DNA of 64,000 nucleotides from an uncultured Planctomycetota bacterium (GCA_963845755.1 CAWJTV010000027.1:128001-192000); one strand, 5' to 3'; shown: positions 1 through 12,258, counted from the stretch's first letter. Notes: generated by a model not told the origin, from the letters alone. Program-made: numbers and translations.

Positions 1-1483
<1,483 letters not shown>

Positions 1484-2021
1484 GAGATATTTCCCTCCTG
1501 AAGGCAGCTCGATCCGGCCCTTCGGTAGTCATCGACGAGGCGCCGCGGAGTTCGGCCCGTCCGAGCGAACCGAACCGGACCCCGCCCCGGTGCGACGCGC
1601 GCACCATGGGGCGTCCTCATCAATTCTGTGTGAGGGCTCGGCCAAATTGTCAACGCGTCACTTCGACGATGGGGGAAGCCCGAACGAATCGGTGGCCATC
1701 GGGCTGATGGCAAACAAAGCAAGCAGTTAGGGGGGACGGACGAGGTGGTCTCCGCGGTCACGAGAACGCTCGGGACCGGTCTTCGCTTCGACACGAACTC
1801 CGGCCCGCCTCGTTCATTACAACCCCGACTTCCTCCCCCTGTCAAGCGAAGCGATGCGGGAACGCAACGGCCCGCGCCGGTTTCGCGACGATCGGAGAAC
1901 CCCCTCGGGCGGCCGGATCGCAACCTTTTCCTCCCCTCTTAATCATGAAACATTTCGCTGCCACCGGTCGTCAAAAAAAATGTTCCCCGGATTTCACCGA
2001 CCGGAGTTGCTCGATCACGAT

Positions 2022-2038
2022 AGCCACCGGCGTGCCAA
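2022..2038 (-). promoter_or_regulatory. Candidate sigma54 (-24/-12) promoter oriented toward prkA
   Basis: Minus strand reads TTGGCACGCCGGTGGCT, with correct GG-N10-GC spacing, about 540 bp upstream of prkA. Confidence 0.35.
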
Positions 2039-2197
2039 ACCCTCCGAGAACCGGGGTCGATCGGCCGTTGCAGCTCGCTTCCAGCCCGGCGCCGCGCGTT
2101 CGGCAATCGGCATAAACGGCTTTCTTCGGCTCCCCGATCATTTTACAATTGTCTCAGATGTGAGGAAGGCGGTCGTCGGATCGTGAAAGGTTGAGGT

Positions 2198-3556
2198 ATG
2201 GCAACGAGTACGGGAGTCGAGTCCTCGAAACGAGGGCGACTGCGGCGCTGGCTCAGCGGCGTCCGGCCGCTGGCTGTCGGGATCATGGTCGGCCTTGCCC
2301 TGATCCTGGGCATTTCGGTCTGGCGGATCCGGACCCTGGGCGGGCTCCCGGATATCGGCGACCCGTTCGCCGTGGTCGAGGCGCTCCGGCCGGTCGAGAT
2401 CCCGGACGAGCAGAATGCTTATGCCGGGTACGCGACGGCTCACCCAGGCCCCGTTCGACTTCCCAAGGAGTTCCCCCGGGGCGACTTCAAGAACCTGACC
2501 TGGGCGAAGACCAACCCGACCGTCCGTACGTTCGTGGAACAGGAACGACCGGCTCTGGAGAACTGGCGCGTGGCGAGCGAGCGGCCGGACGCCCTCTATC
2601 ACGAACTGGGAACGATCGCGCCGGATACGCTCCTGGGCCTGGCCCAGGACATGAGGTACCTGGCGCACCTGGCCGGCGTGGAGGGGACACGCTTCGAGGA
2701 GGAAGGGGCCATGGACCAGGCGTGGATCTGGTATCGGGCCATGCTCCGGTTCAGCCGCCACGTGGGACGGCATGGGGGGTTGATAGAGCGACTCGTGGGA
2801 GCCGCGGTCCACGAACATGCCGCACACCGGATCCTGCACTGGTCCGCCGACCCACGCCTCGACGCCAAACAACTCCGTCACGCCCTGGACGAGACGCTCG
2901 CCGCCGATGCCCTGACCCCGCCGCTCTCCGACGCACTGAAGTACGAATACCTGATGTATCTCCGCGACCTGCGCGAGCTGCGCGTCATGGTCATGGATGT
3001 CCCCTTGCCCGGGGGAAAGAACGGCCTCCTGGAGAACATGACGTCTCGGATGGGAATCGAGGTCCCGGTCCGACGAATCTGGCTCCGCGCCAGCAATGAT
3101 TCGGAACGGAGCCGTCGGGCCATGCGGCTCCTGTTCGCCAACTGGCTGGCGCAGGTGGACCGGCCCGCCGCGCAACGGGCCCCGATCGCGATCAAGGAGC
3201 CGGTCATGATCTATGCGGCCGATCCGACCGCTCCGTTCACCGCCCGCGCCGTGGCTCCCGAGGTTCTGAACAAAGCGATCGATCACAATTCCTTGAGCCG
3301 GGCCATATTCCATTTTGATGAGCCCGTCATCGGGCAATACCGGTCCGAGGTCTGGGAGGGAAACGGCACGCTAGCCCGCGAGCGACGGCGGCGCTCGGCG
3401 CTGATCGTCCGGCTGGCTGCCGAGTTATACCGTCGCGAGCATAGTCGGTTTCCCCCGACCGCCGGTGTGCTCTTGGGCCCTTATCTCAGGGAATTGCCCG
3501 AGGGGATCGCGGCGAAGGACCCGATCCCGGCAGGTTTGGACTCAGAAAAACCGTAG
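2198..3556 (+). CDS. Membrane-anchored hypothetical protein, tandem paralog 1 of 3
   Basis: 452-aa ORF with an N-terminal basic + transmembrane segment. LPDIGDPF, WYRAMLRFSR, LFANWLAQVDRP and LAAELYRRE..YLRELPEG blocks are shared with the two downstream copies. Confidence 0.85.
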   Translation: MATSTGVESSKRGRLRRWLSGVRPLAVGIMVGLALILGISVWRIRTLGGLPDIGDPFAVVEALRPVEIPDEQNAYAGYATAHPGPVRLPKEFPRGDFKNLTWAKTNPTVRTFVEQERPALENWRVASERPDALYHELGTIAPDTLLGLAQDMRYLAHLAGVEGTRFEEEGAMDQAWIWYRAMLRFSRHVGRHGGLIERLVGAAVHEHAAHRILHWSADPRLDAKQLRHALDETLAADALTPPLSDALKYEYLMYLRDLRELRVMVMDVPLPGGKNGLLENMTSRMGIEVPVRRIWLRASNDSERSRRAMRLLFANWLAQVDRPAAQRAPIAIKEPVMIYAADPTAPFTARAVAPEVLNKAIDHNSLSRAIFHFDEPVIGQYRSEVWEGNGTLARERRRRSALIVRLAAELYRREHSRFPPTAGVLLGPYLRELPEGIAAKDPIPAGLDSEKP

Positions 3557-3603
3557 AACCCGGCCCGAGTACTCGGCACAGGGACCGAGAGAGTGCGATC
3601 GCC

Positions 3604-4979
3604 ATGACATCGACGGCACAGCTCAGAGCGTGGGATGGGCCCAGGCGACTTCCGATGGCTTCGGAGTCGCCTGGCCCGACGGCTGGCTCTTGGCGTCTCC
3701 GTCGGATTCCTCGTTCTCATCTGCGTCGCGATCTGGCGAAAGTGGGGCGCGGACGACCTGCCGGATATTGGCGACCCGTTCGACGTCGCCGAGGCGCTGC
3801 GGCCGGTCAACCTCCCGGACGAACAGAACGCCTACGCCGTCTACGCAACGTCCTACCCGGGGCGCGTTGAGTTCCCTGCCAACTGGACTTTGACCACGGT
3901 CAACTTCAAGGGCATGACGTGGACGACGGCCGGCCAGGCCGTCCGCGCGTTTGTGGACGAGAAACGACCGGCCCTGGAGAAGTGGCGTGTGGCGTGCGAG
4001 CGGCCGGACGCCCTTTTTCTCCAGCCGGGGCAGCAAGCGAAGGGTCGGCCCATCCCGTTGCTGTGGCATGACATGTGGTTGCTGTCGGTGATGGCGGGTC
4101 TGGAAGGCTCGCGACTGGAGGACGAGGGCGCGATGGGCCAGGCGTGGGACTGGTATCGAGCCATGCTCCGGTTCAGCCGCCTCGGGGGTCGCCACGGGGG
4201 TATTCCAGGTGTCGGTGCGCAAGTGCACGAACAGGCCACAATCCGCATCCTCCACTGGGCGTCCGACCCCCGCGTCGATGCCACGCAACTCCGGAAGGCT
4301 CTCCAGGACACCCTGGCCGCCGATGCCCTGACTTCTCCCCTCTCCGAAGTATTAAAGTGCTCATATCTGTATTTCGTCAACCCGGACTTCATGCGGTTCC
4401 TGCGGGACTTCGGACGCCCCGTACCCCCTTTGCCGGGAGGGGAACACGGGCCGCTGGACCAGATGGCCTCTCTGGTCGGAGTGAGGGTGCCGGCGCGAGT
4501 GGCCTGGCTCCGCGCCGGCAACGACGTGGAGCAAGCTCACCGCGCCCTCAAACTGCTGTTCGCCAACTGGCTGGCGCAGGTGGACCGGCCCGCCGCGCAA
4601 CGGGCCCCTGCCGCGATCAAGGACCCGGTCTGGATCTACGCCGACGATCCGCCCGCTCCGCCCGCCGCGCACGGTGGCTCCCGATCGCCTGGCGAAGGCG
4701 ATCGAACACAATCCCTTTGCCAGGACGCTCTTCTTTCTGGATCGCCCTCCGGGTTCCAGGCCTCTCGAGCCGGTCTGGGAGGAGAATGGCGAGCTCGACC
4801 GCGAGCGGCGGCGGCGCCCGGTGCTGATCGTCCGCCTGGCCGCCGAGCTCTACCGCCGCGAGCAGGGCGCGGCCCCGGTAACGGCCGGTGCCTTGCTCGG
4901 TTCTTATCTCAAGGAACTGCCCGAGGGGATCGGGGCAAGTGACCCGATCCCGGCAGGGTTGGAGTTCGAAAAGCGGTAG
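3604..4979 (+). CDS. Tandem paralog 2 of 3, with frameshifts at ~3649 and ~4672
   Basis: ATG 3604 follows the same leader as paralog 3. The body lies in ORF 3635..4942 and the C-terminus (LAAELYRREQG..YLKELPEG) in ORF 4674..4979. Confidence 0.8.
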
Positions 4980-5005
4980 AGTCCGGCTCGGGGTTTGTTC
5001 CATAA

Positions 5006-5914
5006 GAGCGCTCGGAAAAAATGAATCCACTGGCACGCTGTCTGCTCTTGAGTCCTTCGGAGAGTGATCTCCCGAACCGAAGGAGGACCACCATGAAACC
5101 CCTTGTCTCCGATGCGCTGTGGAAGCGCCTGGAGCCCTTGCTGCCACCCCCGCCTCCGCGCCGCTTCCGCTTCCCGGGACGCAAACCCCTGGACTACCGC
5201 AAGATCCTCACCGGCATCTTGTTCGTGCTCAAGACCGGCATCGCCTGGGACGACTTGCCCGCCGACCTCGGCTGCGGCTGCGGCAAGACCTGCCGGTCCT
5301 ACCTGCAGGCGTGGCAGCAGGCCGGTGTCTGGCGCCAGTTGCACGCCGTCTTGCTGGCCGAGCTGAACGGCGCTGACGCGATCGACTGGGAGCGGGCGCT
5401 GATCGACGCCTCCTTCGCCAAGGCCCCGGAAGGGGGCGAGGATACCGGCCCGAATCCGACGGACCGGAGCAAATCCGGCAGCAAGCACCACGTGATGACC
5501 GACGCCCAAGGCGTGCCGCTGGCGGCGACGGTGACCGCCGCCAACGTCCCCGAGATCACCCAGGTCTTCACGACGCTCGACGACATGCCGCCGGTGGGCG
5601 GCAAGCCGGGGCCGAAGCGGCAGAAGCCCGACCGCTTGCAGGGGGATCGGGGCTACGACTCGGAACCGGTGCGGCAGGGTTTGCGCGGCCGGGGGACCAC
5701 GCCGGTGCTGGCGGCCCGCAATACGGAGCACGGCAGCGGTTTGGGCAAGTCCCGCTGGTACGTAGAGCGGACCATCGCGTGGCTGCACTCCTTCGGCCGG
5801 CTGCGCCGCCGTTTGGATCGGCTCACCGAGATTCAAGACGCGTTCCTCAAGTTAGCATGTTCCTTGATCTGTTTGAGGCTCCTGGGCCAGTGAACTCATT
5901 TTTTCCGAGCGCTC
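5006..5914 (+). mobile_element. IS5-family insertion sequence (909 bp), apparently intact
   Basis: 28-bp imperfect terminal IRs (GAGCGCTCGGAAAAAATGAatcCACTGG at 5006-5033, reverse complement at 5887-5914), flanked by a TAA duplication at 5003-5005 and 5915-5917. Confidence 0.95.
5093..5893 (+). CDS. IS5 family transposase (DDE)
   Basis: AGGAGGA RBS; W..LEPLLP, GILFVLKTGIAW.DLP, LIDAS, GSKHHV.TDAQGVPL, GDRGYD and RWYVERTIAWL motifs. The stop codon lies inside the right IR. Confidence 0.95.
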   Translation: MKPLVSDALWKRLEPLLPPPPPRRFRFPGRKPLDYRKILTGILFVLKTGIAWDDLPADLGCGCGKTCRSYLQAWQQAGVWRQLHAVLLAELNGADAIDWERALIDASFAKAPEGGEDTGPNPTDRSKSGSKHHVMTDAQGVPLAATVTAANVPEITQVFTTLDDMPPVGGKPGPKRQKPDRLQGDRGYDSEPVRQGLRGRGTTPVLAARNTEHGSGLGKSRWYVERTIAWLHSFGRLRRRLDRLTEIQDAFLKLACSLICLRLLGQ

Positions 5915-5931
5915 TAAGGACCGGAAGCCGA

Positions 5932-6002
5932 GGTTGTAGGGTGGGTGAAACCCACCGAATGCCGGAAAACTTACGTCGGTGGGTTTCACCCACCCTACAA
6001 CC
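5932..6002. repeat. GTAG-family REP doublet (REPIN-like hairpin)
   Basis: Perfect 27-bp inverted repeat GGTTGTAGGGTGGGTGAAACCCACCGA (5932-5958 / 5976-6002); each arm is GTAG plus a short palindrome. Confidence 0.85.
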
Positions 6003-6025
6003 GGGACCACGGGAGTGCGATTGCC

Positions 6026-7366
6026 ATGTCAATGACGGCACAGCCCCGGCGCTTCCGATGGCTCCGCAGTCGTCTGGGGCGACGGCTGGCCATGGGGATC
6101 TCGTTTGGACTGATCGCTTTCGTCGGCGTCGCGGTCTGGCGGATGTGGAGCACGGACGACCTGCCCGATATCGGCGACCCGTTCGACGTGGCCGAGGCAC
6201 TCCGGCGGGTCAACCTGCCGGACGATCAGAACGCCTACGCTGTTTACGCGACCATCCCTTCGAGCCGATCATCACCCTGGAAAGTCTTCCCCAATGTCGA
6301 TTTTAGCACCTTGACCTGGTCGGTCGCCAAGTCGGAGATCCGAGCATTCGTGGAACAACAACGACCGTCGCTGGAGAAGTGGCGAGAGGGGAGCGATCGT
6401 CCGGATGCCCTTTATCAACAACCGGAAGAGACCGCGGGGAATCAGGCGGTACCGACGCTGACGCAGGACATGCGGGATCTGGCCATCTTGGGAGCGCTGG
6501 AAGGATCGCGCCTGGAGGAGGCGGGAGCAATGAGCCAGGCGTGGGACTGGTATCGGGCCATGCTCCGGTTCAGCCGGCTGGTGGGCCGCCATGGGGGTTC
6601 GCGCTACCTTGGTGCGCGGCTACACGAGCCAGCCACGGGCCGCATCCTCCACTGGGCGGCCGACCCGCGCGTCGATGCCAGCCAGCTCCGCAAAGCCCTC
6701 GACGACACCCTGGCCGCCGATGCGCTGACGCCGCCGTTCTCCGAAGCGATCAAGCTCGAGTATCTGGGCCTCAGCGGTTCGGATGGCCCGCGAGTCCTGC
6801 GGGATTTTGGTATCCCGTTGCCCCCCCTGCCGGGGGGCGAAAACGGGCCTATGCAACAGATGGCCAGTTTGGTTGGGGCAGGCGGCTCGGCGCGAGTTTC
6901 CTGGCTCCTCGCCAACAACAACGTTGAACGGAGCCGCCCCGCCATCCGGCTGTTGTACGCCAACTGGCTGGCCCAGATCGACCGTCCCGCCTCGAAACGA
7001 GCCCCGGTCGCCATTGAGGATCCGGTCTTGATCTATGCAGCCGATCCGATCGCCCCGCCCGCCGCTCGCACCGTGGTTCCCGAGCTTCTGGCCAAGGCGA
7101 TCCAACGCAATGCCTACGCCCGGGCCATCCTCTACGTCGATCACGCCCACCACCACCCGTTTCGCCCACCACAGTGGGAGGGGAATGGTCTGCTGGCCCG
7201 CGAGCGACGGCGGCGATCGGCGCTGATCGTTCGCCTCGCCGCCGAGTTATACCGCCGCGAGCAGGGCGCCGCCCCAGCCACGGCCGGGGCTTTGCTCGGT
7301 CGTTATCTCAAGGAACTGCCCGAGGGGCTCGCGCCGGGCGACCCGATCCCGACGGGCATCGAGTAG
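6026..7366 (+). CDS. Tandem paralog 3 of 3, membrane-anchored hypothetical protein
   Basis: ATG 6026 (MSMTAQPRRFRWL...) follows the conserved leader; same conserved blocks as paralogs 1 and 2. Confidence 0.85.
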   Translation: MSMTAQPRRFRWLRSRLGRRLAMGISFGLIAFVGVAVWRMWSTDDLPDIGDPFDVAEALRRVNLPDDQNAYAVYATIPSSRSSPWKVFPNVDFSTLTWSVAKSEIRAFVEQQRPSLEKWREGSDRPDALYQQPEETAGNQAVPTLTQDMRDLAILGALEGSRLEEAGAMSQAWDWYRAMLRFSRLVGRHGGSRYLGARLHEPATGRILHWAADPRVDASQLRKALDDTLAADALTPPFSEAIKLEYLGLSGSDGPRVLRDFGIPLPPLPGGENGPMQQMASLVGAGGSARVSWLLANNNVERSRPAIRLLYANWLAQIDRPASKRAPVAIEDPVLIYAADPIAPPAARTVVPELLAKAIQRNAYARAILYVDHAHHHPFRPPQWEGNGLLARERRRRSALIVRLAAELYRREQGAAPATAGALLGRYLKELPEGLAPGDPIPTGIE

Positions 7367-7367
7367 G

Positions 7368-8822
7368 TCAGGCTCTCCAGCCCGACGCGAATGGCGGGTC
7401 GCCGGTCACGAGGCCGGTGCCGCGACCGTCGGCAGGGCCTCCTGGTGCGCAGGATTCCCGATGGGGTTCGTCGTTTGAGTGGGCCCGCCGCGCAGGGGGA
7501 GCGGCCATCGTGGCGGTCGGCAGAGAGCGTCCGGCCAGCTCGATGAGCGCGGCCAGCGTCCAGAGCCCGACCGGCAGCGTCGCGAAGTGGGCGTACGCGT
7601 CGGCCGCACCGAGGACCCAAGTCTGCACCGGCAGGAGCAGTACGATGGCATAAGCGGCCGCCGACAGCGCCGTCGCGGCGACGGCCGCCATGGCCAGCGC
7701 GACGACCACATGGCCGCCGTCGTCGGCGAGGAACCGCCAGTAGCCCGCGAGCGCCTCGCCGATCCGGCCGCGGGACCATGCGACGACCCCCACCAGTCCG
7801 ACGGCGACCAGCGCCACCGCCTGGAGGTCGGCCAGTCCCCAGCCGAGCTGCCAGCGGATGTAGTCGCCCAGCGCCGTCGAGTAGACCGAAGTCGGCAGAT
7901 GGGCCTGGGCCAGGAAGACGAATGTGGCCATGTAGCGGGCCGGCAACGCCAGGGCGCACGCCAGGGCCGTGCCCGGCAACAGGGCGATCGCCTGAAAAGG
8001 ATCGAGCCGGTCCTCACCCCCCGAGTCGAGTCCGGCATTGCGCAGCTCGGCCAGCAGCCAGCCGAGCAGGAGGCCGTCGACGACCAGCATCGACATCGGG
8101 ATCAAGACCGCCTCGACGATCAGGCAGCCCCCCATCGGCAGCGCCACGTAGCCCGCCGCCCGCGAGACGATCCGGTAGAGGATGTACAACGCGCCGATCC
8201 CCCAGACCAGCGTTGTCCAGCCCGGCCGCGGACGCACCCGCCGACCCACCAACTCGCCCGAACCTCCCGATTTCTGGGGGTCGATCAACGCGCGGAAGAC
8301 CACGATGGCGGCCACGATCAACAGCGGGAGGTTGTCTCCCAGGCCCGCCACGTCGCGCAGCGGGGTCAAGCCGGCCAGGATCCCCTGTTCCAGCGCCAGC
8401 TCTCCGTGTCGGCGCGACCTGGTCAGCAGCATCAAGTCGATCTTGCCGCTGTCATAGGAGTAGACCGCCGTCTCGGCGGTCGTCCAGGAGACGACCGTGA
8501 ACGCGATCGCCGCCGCGATCGTCCGGTTCGACCGCCACACGCGTCGCGTCGCGGCCCGCGCCAGCCGGAAGTGGCCGGGCATGTCGAAGAATTGCCGCAG
8601 CGCCTTGAGCGGTCCCTGGGCCATCATCGCCACGATCAACAGGATCGTCAGCCCCGCCAGGAGGGACCAGAGCCCTCGGAAACCGGGCGCCGACTCGGGT
8701 GAGGAGAGCGTCAGCCCCGCACACCATCGTCGCAAGGCCAGTGCCAGCGGAGTCACTGAACTGGGATTCGTGCCGCCCGGCTGGGCCTGGGCCCAGACCA
8801 GCAGCCGCATCATCAGATCCAT
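7368..8822 (-). CDS. Polytopic integral membrane hypothetical protein
   Basis: 484-aa ORF with many hydrophobic helices, convergent with paralog 3. Confidence 0.75.
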   Translation of the reverse strand: MDLMMRLLVWAQAQPGGTNPSSVTPLALALRRWCAGLTLSSPESAPGFRGLWSLLAGLTILLIVAMMAQGPLKALRQFFDMPGHFRLARAATRRVWRSNRTIAAAIAFTVVSWTTAETAVYSYDSGKIDLMLLTRSRRHGELALEQGILAGLTPLRDVAGLGDNLPLLIVAAIVVFRALIDPQKSGGSGELVGRRVRPRPGWTTLVWGIGALYILYRIVSRAAGYVALPMGGCLIVEAVLIPMSMLVVDGLLLGWLLAELRNAGLDSGGEDRLDPFQAIALLPGTALACALALPARYMATFVFLAQAHLPTSVYSTALGDYIRWQLGWGLADLQAVALVAVGLVGVVAWSRGRIGEALAGYWRFLADDGGHVVVALAMAAVAATALSAAAYAIVLLLPVQTWVLGAADAYAHFATLPVGLWTLAALIELAGRSLPTATMAAPPARRAHSNDEPHRESCAPGGPADGRGTGLVTGDPPFASGWRA

Positions 8823-9105
8823 CGCCGCCGCGCCCCCTCATCCGAATTGGGTCGATATCCGTCACCAGGCGGAAGCTCGTCGAACCGGACCCATTCCCCG
8901 TCCCGTGCGGGAGGTCGATGTGCCCGCGCTCGTTTCGAGCGACGAGACTTGCTTTCCGAAACGTATGACGATTGTACTCGGCCCGCGAGATGAAGGCCAG
9001 CTATCTGAACAAACGATTCGCGACTTCTCGCCGAGCATTCACGCTTCGAGAGGGCCTGCCTCCATGACCACGGGCCCACCACGCCCGCGGTCACCAGGGT
9101 GGTCT

Positions 9106-10284
9106 TCACCGAGGAGTCTCAACAGCCCGGGACTCCGGCGTCTTCCCGGCCAGAGCGAAGGTGCGGATCCGGCCGGCTCGGTCCAGGGCGACGACGTGAC
9201 TCCCATCGGCCGAGACCAGCAGAGGGGTCTTCTCGAGTCCCTCGCCGAGGATGCGCGATCCGCGATGGCCTGATTGGACGCGCGGCCGGCCGGTACCCGG
9301 CTCGAACCCGAGCCTGGCGGAATGCAACCGGAAGGCATTCTCATCGTCGCGTCGACTCAGGTAGACCAGGTGAATCTCCCCCTCCGGGTTGTAGGCGACG
9401 TTCGGGTAGCGTTCGGAACGCTTGGCACCGCGGTCGTCGTCGGTGGTCGGGCTGGACAATGGCCCGGCCGACAGGATCGTATCGGCCGCGTCGTTCATCT
9501 CGAGCCACCAGAGTCGGGACGGCTGGAAGACCGAGCCCGGCGTCGGGCTCGGTCGTAGGCTCAAGGACACGATGACAAACCGACGAAGCCTCGGCTCCGC
9601 GGACCAGACGGGCTCGGCCAGGAAGACTTCGCCCAGTCCTGGGGTCTTGACTTGCCAGGTCACGGGGACGGTGGACCGCGCGCGCACAAAGTCTTCCGTC
9701 GTGGGACCCGCCCCGGATTCGTCGCCTGGCGTGGGGAGCCGGCAGCAGTGCAGCCGTCCATCTCCGGCCGGAAACAGCAAGCTCAACGGCTGGCCAGGAA
9801 TCCAGCAGGCGCGTCCTGTCGGGAGGATTTCCGTCACGACGCGGCTGAGCACGGCGGAGTCGGAGACTCGGAACATCCCCAGGCCGCAGAACGGCCCATC
9901 GTCCCGGTTCACCCATCGCCCCACGGCCACCAGGTCCCCACTCGGGTCGCGCAAGGGAGACACGCTCACGATGCTCCACTGATCCCCTTCCGGCAGCCGC
10001 AAGGGCGTGCGGTCCCCGGACGACTGGTCGATCAGGTCATACCGTTTCGAGTTTGGGAAGTCGTGAGGCAGCGCATCGTGCCGCGAGGGCTCGACCAGGA
10101 TTGAGGTCCACTTCGGGTGCGCAGGTGATCCGCCACCCATCGCCCCGATCCCGAGCGCCACGAGCGTCCACCCCATGACGAGAGCGGCCAGCGAACGTAC
10201 CAGGTTCATCAAGCTCATCAGCAAGGTGTCCTTCACGAGGAGACCGCCCGCCGAGGCAACCCCATCTGGAGCTCGATCGCTCAC
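9106..10284 (-). CDS. Secreted or membrane-anchored hypothetical protein (start uncertain)
   Basis: 392-aa ORF with an N-terminal hydrophobic segment and beta-rich, propeller-like character (VSADGSHVVALD). Confidence 0.6.
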   Translation of the reverse strand: MSDRAPDGVASAGGLLVKDTLLMSLMNLVRSLAALVMGWTLVALGIGAMGGGSPAHPKWTSILVEPSRHDALPHDFPNSKRYDLIDQSSGDRTPLRLPEGDQWSIVSVSPLRDPSGDLVAVGRWVNRDDGPFCGLGMFRVSDSAVLSRVVTEILPTGRACWIPGQPLSLLFPAGDGRLHCCRLPTPGDESGAGPTTEDFVRARSTVPVTWQVKTPGLGEVFLAEPVWSAEPRLRRFVIVSLSLRPSPTPGSVFQPSRLWWLEMNDAADTILSAGPLSSPTTDDDRGAKRSERYPNVAYNPEGEIHLVYLSRRDDENAFRLHSARLGFEPGTGRPRVQSGHRGSRILGEGLEKTPLLVSADGSHVVALDRAGRIRTFALAGKTPESRAVETPR

Positions 10285-11238
10285 GGCGGTACTGCGATCC
10301 CGTTCCGCGCGCCACGCCCACCATCTTCAGCCGGGCAAGGCCGGCTTCCTGTGGCGGTCGTTGCGGTGCCGGTGCCCGAGGGGACGTCCCGACGATCGGC
10401 GGCTCAACGGAGAGTTGCGCCAACGGCGAACATCCTGCCGGCCGGTGAGAGGGAATGCCGGCTGCTCCCGCGACAGCAGGGACGGGAGTCTTCCCAGGGT
10501 CGGAGATCGGGTCTCGATTTCCGTCGGCCAGCCCTGAACCCAACGAAGGGCCCGGACCATGCCAGGAGTCAAGGTGGGAAAGGCACGGGCGGACCAGTAC
10601 GGGTAAACCGCACGGGCGGCCCATATCAAGACGATCGGTTCAGGAACGCAAGTCCCGGGCCAGTTCGCTCGATCCGACGCACAACGGCCGACAGGGTGAT
10701 CGCCGGCCGGCTCAATTCCGCGAACCTAAAGCGAGATTGTACCACGGTTTCCCGAGTATTCTGCGGCAGCCTCGATCCGGACCTCAGAGGATGGAAGAAA
10801 ACCATTCAAAACGACAAAATCCCGAGTAAGAAACGGCGTAAGTTATTTCAAAATAGAGATTTACGTTCATTGAATTCTGAATCCGAAATCTTCGATCCCT
10901 TTTTTTTCACATCGTCTCGACGGCATCGATCTGGTGTCCTGGTCTTGTGCGACCCCCGGGCAGGCTGCCGAGAAAGCCGGCAACGCTCCGCGTGCCCGTC
11001 AGGAATGACTCCCCGGGGCCGGCGTGCCGTTATACCCTCTCCCAGACTCGCGCGACAGATGCAGGAACTGGTCCGGAGGTTTACCGCTCATACGGCCGGC
11101 GAGGACGGGGTGCGCCGGTAACTGCGACGGTTACTCCGTCCGCCGTATCGGTATGAGAAGACCGGAGGCGATTTGATTGACGAATCGCCGGAACTCGGCA
11201 ATCGACGGGACGGAGGCTCATAATAAATATTTATTTAT

Positions 11239-12258
11239 TCAAATCTCAAATACATGCTTGGCGTTGTTCCGGAAGACCTCGGCGTGATGCTCCCTCGGGA
11301 TGAGAGACTCGATGAGCCGTCGATAGGAACCCAGCGGAGCCAGCGGCCAGTCGCTGCCGTAGAGGAATTTCTTGTAGTCACCGACATATCCGATCGCTTT
11401 CTTCAAGTCGGAAAACGCGAGACCGGGAGCCGAGTCGGGTACCTTCGCCGCGTCCAGCAGACCCTGGATCTCCTGGTCGCTTCCGACGAATAGACCCGAG
11501 AGATCGGCCCAGACGTTGGGGTTCTTGAAGACGACTTCGGCTGCGTCCATCAACCAGGGGTTGCCGAGGTGGGCCAGGACGAATCGGACCTCGGGATGAT
11601 CGACGGCGACTTCATCCATTCTCAAGGGATGAGCATACTTTAACTTTGCTGTCGTTGACCAGTTGTCGCCGGTGTGCACGATAACGGGCAGATGGTACTT
11701 TGCGGCGAGCGTGTAGTACGGGACGTAATTCGGGTCTTCGGGGCCGTAGTGCAGGTAGCCGAGGTACGCCTTGAGGGCGACGATCTTCTCGCGATGACGA
11801 TTGATCTGTGCCTCGACGGCCCTCAGATGGTCGGGCTCGGTGTGCCTCGGGTCGGCGACGCCGATTGCCTTCAGCCCCGGTATGGACTGGGCGAGCGCGA
11901 GGGTGCCGGCAATCCCCAACGGGTCTCCTTTCATGCCGCCCAGGGACCCCATCCCGAAGGCGATCACGATCTCCGCCTTCTCCATCTCACGCTTGAGACG
12001 GTCCGCCATCGCTGCGGGCGGCCCCTTGTAGAGTTCCTCGACATCCGCCGGAATGGGCTTGATCCCGGGGACACCCGCAGGAACAACGTGAATGTGTGTG
12101 TCGATCCCCGGATTGTCCGAGGGAGGCACTTTCGAAACCGAGGAAGGGCTGGTCAATTCCTGAATACCACCAAGAGCGCCGACCAACGCTGTTCCGCCCG
12201 AGAGCCGGAAAACTGCCCGACGGGTCGGTCCGGTTCTTGACTGTGTGTCACGACTCAT
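11239..12258 (-). CDS. Amidohydrolase_2 family metal-dependent hydrolase with possible Tat signal
   Basis: IDTHIH, PVIVHTG, FVLAHLGNPW, VWADLSG and LYGSDWP motifs; N-terminal TRRAVF. Confidence 0.88.
   Translation of the reverse strand: MSRDTQSRTGPTRRAVFRLSGGTALVGALGGIQELTSPSSVSKVPPSDNPGIDTHIHVVPAGVPGIKPIPADVEELYKGPPAAMADRLKREMEKAEIVIAFGMGSLGGMKGDPLGIAGTLALAQSIPGLKAIGVADPRHTEPDHLRAVEAQINRHREKIVALKAYLGYLHYGPEDPNYVPYYTLAAKYHLPVIVHTGDNWSTTAKLKYAHPLRMDEVAVDHPEVRFVLAHLGNPWLMDAAEVVFKNPNVWADLSGLFVGSDQEIQGLLDAAKVPDSAPGLAFSDLKKAIGYVGDYKKFLYGSDWPLAPLGSYRRLIESLIPREHHAEVFRNNAKHVFEI

Noticed and set aside
11222..11235. AT-only palindrome AATAAATATTTATT
   Set aside because: Single occurrence just after a stop codon, with no support for a specific function.
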